Below, piece after piece: positions 7,438 to 13,358 of a stretch of DNA of 13,358 nucleotides. Source of the DNA: Promethearchaeia archaeon (GTDB taxonomy: Archaea > Asgardarchaeota > Lokiarchaeia > Sigyniarchaeales > SOKP01); contig JAHQWG010000054.1 of assembly GCA_029856045.1 (NCBI GenBank), forward strand, positions 1 through 13,358, given 5' to 3'. A program made the translations under genes and the position numbers. Below the pieces are notes generated by a model that made no database searches, was not told the origin of the DNA, and saw nothing but the letters and a program-made list of their open reading frames with translations. Numbering within the stretch: position 1 is the first letter of the stretch; each line of letters starts with the position of its first letter.

Positions 7438-9528
7438 ATGAAAGGTTTTTTTGAAATTTTAAATTTCAAGGGCGGATTTGGAAAAATCGCTCGCATTAAT
7501 CTAATTCAAGGAAAAAAACAATATATAAATACTCCAAAATTGATAATTCCTTTAAATCTTTTATTATTTAATGATAAGGAACTATTAGATATTCTGAAAA
7601 ATTATGATCTTTTCAAAATTTTATATCTTGATGAATTAAAAGAAATTAATATTTTCCATGATTCGTTTTTTGAAAGTAACGGATTCTTTTTTTCTAATAG
7701 TGGGACATTTGAGACCTTTCAAGACAATTTGGAAGATATTTTAATAAAAGAAAGGATAAATAATGTATTTCCCATCATTCCATTTAATGTCCCCACCACT
7801 GCGATGAGTCTTGATTTTGCAATTGCTGAAATACAAAATTATCTCTCAGAATGTGAAAACCTCTTAGAAAAGTATCAAAATTTTGATTTTGGTCTTAGTA
7901 TTAAGTTTTTTGATAATATTTCTTTATTAGATTACTATATTGAGTTTATTAAAAAGCATAAAAACATAAGAGCACTCAATTTTTTGGATCTTTTTGATAA
8001 TTTGAAAAATTTTAGAAATATTCTAAAAATTATTGTATCATTTAGAAATAATGTTGATAATAATCTTCTAAATATCGCTTCAGGGAAAATTTTACCTAAG
8101 TATTACCCAATACTTGTTTATTTAGGGTTTGATGTCATTGATGCAACCTATCTATTTATTCTGTCATGTGATAATTTTTATAATATTGATGAGAAGCTTA
8201 TTCCTTTATATAAAATGAGATTTTTACCTTGTTCTTGCAAGTTTTGTCAATCTATCTCACCAGAGATGCTACAACAAAAACAAAATGAAGAAAATTTGGT
8301 GTTTTTATATAGACATAACCTCTTATCAGCATTATCTTATATGAATAAAGTTAAACAATATTTAACAACCGAAGATTTTAGAGAATTAGTTGAAAAATCC
8401 TCTTTAAATGATTCCTACTTAACATCCATGTTAAAAGTATTAGATAGAGAATATTTTGATACTATTAGACAATACACACCTCTATATCAAAAACTAAAGA
8501 AAATTAGTTGTCCCAGTGAACTCTCATTTTACCGCCCAGATTTTCATGAATTTAGACAACGTGTCGTAAATAACTTTACACCAGAGGAATTTACAAATTT
8601 AATTGTCTTGTTTCCTTGTTCGGCAAAAAAACCATACTCGAGTTCTAAATCTCATAAAAAATTATTGCGTATCCTAAGAGATACCGCTAGGTCTAAATTT
8701 CCTAATATCCAAGAATTTATCTTAACTTCTCCCTTAGGAGTTATTCCAAGACAACTAGAAAATATATATCCTGCAAATTCTTACGATATTTCAGTAACAG
8801 GTTTATGGAACGAGGAAGAAATACGAATAACCTCTGATATGTTAATTGCTTTTTTATCTAAGTATCCTAATGCTATTCCAATTATCGCTCATGTTGATAG
8901 CAATTATATTCCAATTATTGAAAGAGCTCAAGAGCATTTAAAATTAAATATATTCTATACCGATACTTCAATGGGAGTGACCGAAAAAAATTCTTTAATC
9001 TCTTTACAAGAAATGATTGAGAAATTTATCGGAAAATTCGATGTAAAGGAAAAAACGCCGATTTTAAATAAAAAAACAAGTTCAGAAACTAGAAAAATTT
9101 CAGCAATAATTGATTATTATTTCGGCAAAGACTTTAGTAAGGAAATAATAACAAAAAATGTTAAAATAATCAAACATAAAAATACAGATCTTCAATTTGT
9201 CTATGACAAGAATACAAACAGATTGATTGGTAAATTTCGGCAATCAACTGGTCAATTTCTATTAACGATTAAAGCTGTAGAGAACCTTTTACCTTTAGAT
9301 AAAATTAAAAATTTCATTATTTTTAATGGGAATCTCATAAAAGGTACTACTATTTTTAAGCCAGGTATATTAGAATATGGTTCGGACTTACAACCTAATG
9401 ATACAGTCATTGTTCTAAATAATTCAAAGAATAAAATTATTGGAATGGGCACAATGTTAGTTGGAACTGATTTTATTAAAAATTCAAAAACAGGGAGAAT
9501 TGTTGATATATATGAATCAAATAAATAA
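7438..9528 (+). CDS. arcS: Archaeosine synthase subunit alpha (ArcS; TGT-like N-terminus, C-terminal PUA domain)
   Basis: TGT-like N-terminus (INTP, LVYLGFDVID, Zn site CSCKFC...HN), ArcS signature PCSAKKPYSSSKSH, LTSPLGVIPRQLE..YP...YDI.VTG.W, and C-terminal PUA (IFKPGI...LQPNDTVIV...IIGMG). Confidence 0.9.
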   Translation: MKGFFEILNFKGGFGKIARINLIQGKKQYINTPKLIIPLNLLLFNDKELLDILKNYDLFKILYLDELKEINIFHDSFFESNGFFFSNSGTFETFQDNLEDILIKERINNVFPIIPFNVPTTAMSLDFAIAEIQNYLSECENLLEKYQNFDFGLSIKFFDNISLLDYYIEFIKKHKNIRALNFLDLFDNLKNFRNILKIIVSFRNNVDNNLLNIASGKILPKYYPILVYLGFDVIDATYLFILSCDNFYNIDEKLIPLYKMRFLPCSCKFCQSISPEMLQQKQNEENLVFLYRHNLLSALSYMNKVKQYLTTEDFRELVEKSSLNDSYLTSMLKVLDREYFDTIRQYTPLYQKLKKISCPSELSFYRPDFHEFRQRVVNNFTPEEFTNLIVLFPCSAKKPYSSSKSHKKLLRILRDTARSKFPNIQEFILTSPLGVIPRQLENIYPANSYDISVTGLWNEEEIRITSDMLIAFLSKYPNAIPIIAHVDSNYIPIIERAQEHLKLNIFYTDTSMGVTEKNSLISLQEMIEKFIGKFDVKEKTPILNKKTSSETRKISAIIDYYFGKDFSKEIITKNVKIIKHKNTDLQFVYDKNTNRLIGKFRQSTGQFLLTIKAVENLLPLDKIKNFIIFNGNLIKGTTIFKPGILEYGSDLQPNDTVIVLNNSKNKIIGMGTMLVGTDFIKNSKTGRIVDIYESNK

Positions 9529-10597
9529 ACAACCCATAATACAAGAGAAAATAAGAAAAATTAGGCAAGACATAATCAAAAAAGTCAAAATTAAATCTCC
9601 TAATAATGATTTGAATAAACCGGTAGCTTTTTGGACAAAAAATGATCGATTATTAAATGAAGTGGGAAATGAATTAACTATTATTTTGAGAACTCGTGGA
9701 TGTGAATGGGCTTTAGGAGATAATGGGGGGTGTTCAATGTGTGGATATATCAGTGATGCAAATATTGACGATGTTAATTCCCAAAATATCATAAATCAAT
9801 TTGATTATGCATTTCAAAACTCTTTAGATAATATCCAAAATGATTCAAGACCATTTATTGTCAAAATTTTTAATTCAGGAAGTTTTTTTGACTCTACTGA
9901 AATACCTAAAGCAGCCAGAGAATACATCTATGGAAAAATTACTCAGACTAAAAATATAAAAGAACTTGTAATAGAATCACGTCCAGAATATATAAACCAC
10001 GAAAATTTGGATGAAATAAAAAAATTTTTGCCAAATAAATATATAGAAGTTGGTATTGGTTTAGAAACCGTAAATGATTATATTCGAATTAACTATATAA
10101 ATAAAGGTTTTAAATACATAGATTTCTTAGAAGCTTTTAAAAAATGTAAAGATCATAAGATTGGAGTAAAAGCATATCTTTTATTTAAACCACCCTTTCT
10201 TTCAGAACAAGCTGCAATAGATGACTGTAAAAAATCAATCAAAAAAATGTTAGAAATAAAAATTAATTCTATTTCAATCAATCCAGCCAATATTCAAAAA
10301 GGAACCCTAGTAGAAACTCTCTGGTTTCAAAATAGATATAGACCTCCATGGATATATTCGATTATCACTTGTTTAAAAGAATCTTTACAAGATAAAGGCT
10401 TTGAAACAACTCGAATCTTGTGTGATCCATCTGGAGCAGGAACAAATCGTGGGGTTCATAACTGTTTTAATTCAGACTGTAATAAACAAAATTTAGAAAT
10501 CATTAAAAATTTCATATTATCCCAAGATGTAAATGAGTTAAATTATTCACCCCAGTGCTTTTGTAAGAAACGATATAAACTCAATTTACTTCAGTAA
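9512..10597 (+). CDS. Archaeosine biosynthesis radical SAM enzyme RaSEA (archaeosine synthase subunit beta)
   Basis: TIILRTRGC-x9-CSMCG, KIFNSGSFFD, IESRPEYI, GIGLET, KAYLLFKPP and YRPPW; adjacent to arcS. ATG 9512 (17-nt overlap with arcS) is preferred over the ORF-track start at 9461. Confidence 0.9.
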   Translation: MNQINKQPIIQEKIRKIRQDIIKKVKIKSPNNDLNKPVAFWTKNDRLLNEVGNELTIILRTRGCEWALGDNGGCSMCGYISDANIDDVNSQNIINQFDYAFQNSLDNIQNDSRPFIVKIFNSGSFFDSTEIPKAAREYIYGKITQTKNIKELVIESRPEYINHENLDEIKKFLPNKYIEVGIGLETVNDYIRINYINKGFKYIDFLEAFKKCKDHKIGVKAYLLFKPPFLSEQAAIDDCKKSIKKMLEIKINSISINPANIQKGTLVETLWFQNRYRPPWIYSIITCLKESLQDKGFETTRILCDPSGAGTNRGVHNCFNSDCNKQNLEIIKNFILSQDVNELNYSPQCFCKKRYKLNLLQ

Positions 10598-10618
10598 AAT
10601 CTAAATTTTAAAGATATA

Positions 10619-10639
10619 ATAAAAAACGGTATTTTTTAT
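10619..10639 (+). terminator. Hairpin/T-tract terminator candidate after RaSEA
   Basis: ATAAAAAA-CGGTA-TTTTTTAT (8-5-8 inverted repeat) 21 nt after the stop. Confidence 0.35.
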
Positions 10640-10824
10640 AGATAAAATGATTTGGGAATAAAAATAAAATTGTTGGATAATAGTGAAAATTAAATTAAAT
10701 TAACACGAATAATTTAAGGATATACATTTTTCTTTAATATTAGTTTAATACCATTAATTAGATGTAAGAACTTCAGAGATAAAACCTACTCAAATTTTTG
10801 TTCCTATTCTACCATTTCATAAAA

Positions 10825-10861
10825 TTTAAATAAAAAAGTTCCAATGAATAACATATTCATT
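10825..10861 (+). promoter_or_regulatory. Candidate gar1-tfb promoter: TATA box plus downstream inverted repeat
   Basis: TTTAAATA at 10825-10832 preceded by an A-rich BRE-like stretch, then AATGAATA-ACA-TATTCATT (perfect 8-3-8) at 10843-10861. Confidence 0.45.
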
Positions 10862-10888
10862 CTAACAATACTTTTACGTTCCCCTTAC

Positions 10889-11158
10889 ATGACTTGGATC
10901 AAATTAAACTTAAATTTCATTGGAACTTCTAAAAAAAATCAGATTTTTAGGTCAAGAGCATTCAAAAAGGGACAATTTAATATTTATAGTCCAGTATTCG
11001 ATAAAAAAATGAATATGATTGGACACATAAAAGATATTTTTGGTCCGGTAGATATGCCATTTGTTTCACTTCAACAGGATACAAACACTAAGCAAGTTGA
11101 TTTTGACTTCTCCTCTGAATCTCTTTTTACAAAAATGAAGAAATCAAAAAAAAAGTAG
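10889..11158 (+). CDS. gar1: H/ACA ribonucleoprotein subunit Gar1/Naf1 family
   Basis: VFDKKMNMIGHIKDIFGPVDMPFVSL matches the archaeal Gar1 core (V.D....IG.V.DIFGPV..PY). gar1 upstream of tfb is a known archaeal synteny. ATG 10889 is preferred over 10844, which lies inside the promoter palindrome. Confidence 0.8.
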   Translation: MTWIKLNLNFIGTSKKNQIFRSRAFKKGQFNIYSPVFDKKMNMIGHIKDIFGPVDMPFVSLQQDTNTKQVDFDFSSESLFTKMKKSKKK

Positions 11159-12166
11159 CTGACTAAAAAAAATTTTTCCCCCAAAATTAAAAAAGGTGTT
11201 AAAGACATCGGAAATTGGAAATTAAAATTTAAAAATCAACCTTTATTTGATGATATTTGCCCTGAATGTGATAGTAAACTAATTATTTATGATGAAAATA
11301 GAGGACAAATGATTTGTGAATATTGTGGACTTGTAATAAAGGAAAAATTCATTGATAAAGGTCCAGAGTGGCGAGCTTTTGATGCAGATCAAAAAAAGAA
11401 ACGAACTCGTGTAGGAGCACCCATGACATATCTTATTCATGACATGGGGCTTAGTACGATGATTGATTGGAAAAATAAAGATATATACGGCAAAGAAATT
11501 CCAGCAAAACTCCGAGGGCAAATATATAGGCTAAGAAAATGGCAAAGTAGAATACGTGTATCGGATGCTACAGAGCGAAATCTAACATTTGCACTAAGTG
11601 AATTAGATAGAATGGCATCAAATTTAGATTTGCCCAAAAATTTAAGGGAAACAGCCGCAAAAGTCTATCGTGACGCGGTAGATGCTCATCTAATACGTGG
11701 AAGAAGTATTGAGGGCGTTGCTGCAGCTTCCTTGTATGCAGCGTGTAGAATATATAAAATACCAAGAACTCTAAACGAAATTTCTGAAATTGCAAGAGTA
11801 AATAAAAAAGAGATTGGGCGCTCCTTCAGATTTATCTCCCATGAATTAAACTTAAATCTGAATCCAACAAAACCTTTTGATTATATAACACGCTTTACCT
11901 CTGAACTAAAATTGTCTCAAACTTGTCAAAAAATTGCAATGAAAATTATCGAAATTGCAGAATCTCGAGGTTTAATTTCAGGGCGTGGCCCAACCGGCGT
12001 GGCTGCAGCAGCAATCTATTTCGCTTCTATTTTATCGAAAGAAAAACGTACCCAAAGGGATATTGCTCGAATTAGTCAGGTCACAGAAGTAACTGTGCGT
12101 AATAGATATAAAGAATTAGCTGAAAATTTGAATTTTAAACTTCCTTTCAGAAGAAATACCTATTAA
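11159..12166 (+). CDS. tfb: Transcription initiation factor IIB (TFB); true start uncertain but upstream of the ORF-track ATG 11309
   Basis: Full Zn ribbon CPEC-x16-CEYCG (first Cys at 11258), B-reader GPEWRAF...RVGAP, LRKWQ.R.R...ERNL, two cyclin repeats ([16 protein letters not shown]; [14 protein letters not shown]) and [22 protein letters not shown]. The frame is open back to CTG 11159. Confidence 0.95.
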   Translation: MTKKNFSPKIKKGVKDIGNWKLKFKNQPLFDDICPECDSKLIIYDENRGQMICEYCGLVIKEKFIDKGPEWRAFDADQKKKRTRVGAPMTYLIHDMGLSTMIDWKNKDIYGKEIPAKLRGQIYRLRKWQSRIRVSDATERNLTFALSELDRMASNLDLPKNLRETAAKVYRDAVDAHLIRGRSIEGVAAASLYAACRIYKIPRTLNEISEIARVNKKEIGRSFRFISHELNLNLNPTKPFDYITRFTSELKLSQTCQKIAMKIIEIAESRGLISGRGPTGVAAAAIYFASILSKEKRTQRDIARISQVTEVTVRNRYKELAENLNFKLPFRRNTY

Positions 12167-12290
12167 AAAAGAAAAGTGATTTTTGACTTTCTTGTAATGC
12201 CATAAAATATCTTAACTCCAATAATTTTCTTCAAAAAAAAATTAAGGCTACGAATTTTAACTCTTAATTTATTTTACGTCTTTCATTTAA

Positions 12291-12347
12291 ATATTATCTT
12301 CATATTCTTTTATTTTAAAAGGAAGATTAAATTTGATTAGCTTAAAG
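12291..12347 (+). repeat. Non-coding repeat copy 1 (57 nt), candidate promoter cassette
   Basis: 44/57 ungapped identity (manual count) to 12801-12857 at an offset of exactly 510, including the exact 16-mer ATATTATCTTCATATT and a 20/23 match over GATYAAATTTGATTA..TTAAAG. Confidence 0.8.
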
Positions 12348-12390
12348 TTATTATCATAACAAATTTAGTTATCAAGAAAGTTAAGAAAAA

Positions 12391-12660
12391 ATGAATGGAG
12401 AAAATATCAAATTGATTAAGAATTTACTTAATCTAGATGATATTAATGAGGAAAGTGTTATTAAATTCTTAAAGCATATAAAAAATACTAAAGAAATTAA
12501 AAAATCACCTGAAATTATATCAGATCATGATCCAACGCGAATTTTAGCAGCGGCAGCCATAATAATGGCAAATAAATTGTCAAAAGAAAAAAATGTATCG
12601 GATAAATCTATTCAAAAACGTTTTAGAGAATTAATAAGGAGTTTAAATATAAAACTCTAA
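12391..12660 (+). CDS. Mini-TFB: stand-alone divergent TFIIB/cyclin-box repeat with an internal HTH deletion
   Basis: ISDHDPTRILAAAAIIMANKLSKEK--NVSDKSIQKRFRELIRSLNIKL aligns with [24 protein letters not shown][[10 protein letters not shown]][22 protein letters not shown] of the adjacent TFB; 23/46 identical by manual count. Confidence 0.75.
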   Translation: MNGENIKLIKNLLNLDDINEESVIKFLKHIKNTKEIKKSPEIISDHDPTRILAAAAIIMANKLSKEKNVSDKSIQKRFRELIRSLNIKL

Positions 12661-12800
12661 TTTTTAAAAAATCAACTTTAATTTTTTTGCAAATCTCAGT
12701 TTAACCTTCAATTTTTTATTACATCTCCTTTAAAGAATATAATTTTGCATTAAATTCCAGTTCAATATAAATTTATCCATTACCTCATTTTCTTCGCATT

Positions 12801-12857
12801 ATATTATCTTCATATTATACAGTTTAAAAAAATCGATCAAATTTGATTAAATTAAAG
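12801..12857 (+). repeat. Non-coding repeat copy 2 (57 nt), candidate promoter cassette
   Basis: Counterpart of 12291-12347. It ends 40 nt before ATG 12898; copy 1 ends 43 nt before ATG 12391. Confidence 0.8.
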
Positions 12858-12897
12858 AAATATTGAAAATTTTAATTAAAATTTAGTCTGTTGAATT

Positions 12898-13233
12898 ATG
12901 CTCATAACTCAGCAAATGGTTGATGAACTCTTAAAAAAAATTAAAAAAACCTTTCCAAATTTTATTGCAGGAGTTTTATCCGATGAAAATGGATTCCCAA
13001 TTGCATCAAAGATTCCAAAAAAGTTAAAAATTGATGAGGATTTTTTTGCATTAGCTGCGACTGATGTAAGAATTGCGAATGATTTTATGGATTTCTCAAA
13101 ATACACAAAAGTTATGAAAGAAATTGGAAAAAAAGAGAAAATAAAATTATTGGTTTTATTGAAGAAATCTGCAAAATATTCGCATAAATTTCAGCAGTTA
13201 AATGAAGTACTCTCTAAACAATCTCTTTTCTAA
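12898..13233 (+). CDS. Roadblock/LC7-like small protein (divergent)
   Basis: N-terminal helix VDELLKKIKKTFPN followed by FIAGVLSDENGFPIAS resembles the roadblock helix + beta-hairpin pattern (...DG..IAS). The C-terminal half is less recognisable. Confidence 0.55.
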   Translation: MLITQQMVDELLKKIKKTFPNFIAGVLSDENGFPIASKIPKKLKIDEDFFALAATDVRIANDFMDFSKYTKVMKEIGKKEKIKLLVLLKKSAKYSHKFQQLNEVLSKQSLF

Positions 13234-13358
13234 AAATATGGTTAAATTTTTTAATCTCCTCCTCCTAAATAGTATAATAAAGTTAGTTGTTTATTTATTA
13301 TATTAGGGTTTTTAAATAAAGAAAAGAAAACTTATTTGAAGCTCAAATTTAAAGATAA

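Noticed and set aside
10598-10843. Long intergenic region before gar1 as a possible structured RNA (H/ACA guide, SRP, RNase P, SECIS)
   Set aside because: Very AT-rich with no GC-rich stems or convincing K-turn/ACA arrangement. No in-frame TGA selenoprotein candidate was seen nearby.
12730-12813. Minus-strand micro-ORFs (MKII, MRRK, MDKFILNWNLMQNYIL)
   Set aside because: Too short and without supporting features; expected by chance.
12291-12857. The 57-nt repeat pair as CRISPR repeats or IS/att ends
   Set aside because: Only two degenerate copies 510 nt apart, with no cas, transposase or integrase gene. Better explained by tandem duplication or a shared promoter.
12867-12884. 18-bp perfect palindrome AAATTTTAATTAAAATTT before the roadblock ATG
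   Set aside because: A/T only in extremely AT-rich DNA and not present in the other repeat copy. It could be chance or simply a TATA element.
381-13106. Short ORF-track entries overlapping main genes (381-566, 2641-2829, 2938-3120, 3051-3287, 4026-4232, 6413-6661, 9252-9452, 9517-9792, 11279-11521, 11437-11637, 11568-11795, 12909-13106)
   Set aside because: All are antisense shadows within well-supported genes and have no recognisable motifs.
13254-13266. CTCCTCCTCCT (AGGAGGAGGAG on the minus strand), a strong SD-like or anti-SD-like sequence
   Set aside because: No suitably placed start codon with an ORF on the minus strand, and the context is too AT-rich for an rRNA 3' end.

Overview
Very AT-rich archaeal chromosomal window. 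Gene content and protein style suggest an Asgard archaeon (Lokiarchaeia/Promethearchaeota-like); this is an inference. In order, it encodes: a 5'-truncated ArsA/Get3-family ATPase, a membrane M28 peptidase, SAH hydrolase (ahcY) divergent from a tandem Lrp/AsnC regulator, a frameshifted small basic ORF, a CWH43/PGAP2IP-like membrane EEP protein, the archaeosine pair ArcS + RaSEA, gar1, tfb, an 89-aa ORF and a roadblock-like ORF. The most unusual part is the tfb locus. (1) The 89-aa ORF is a stand-alone, divergent copy of TFB cyclin repeat 2 that lacks one helix of the BRE-binding HTH. (2) It appears to derive from an old ~510-bp tandem duplication that also copied a 57-nt non-coding block, now upstream of both this 'mini-TFB' and the roadblock gene. 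(3) tfb has no ATG/GTG/TTG upstream of its Zn ribbon and is in frame with gar1 across a single TAG. No rRNA, tRNA, CRISPR or mobile element was recognised.
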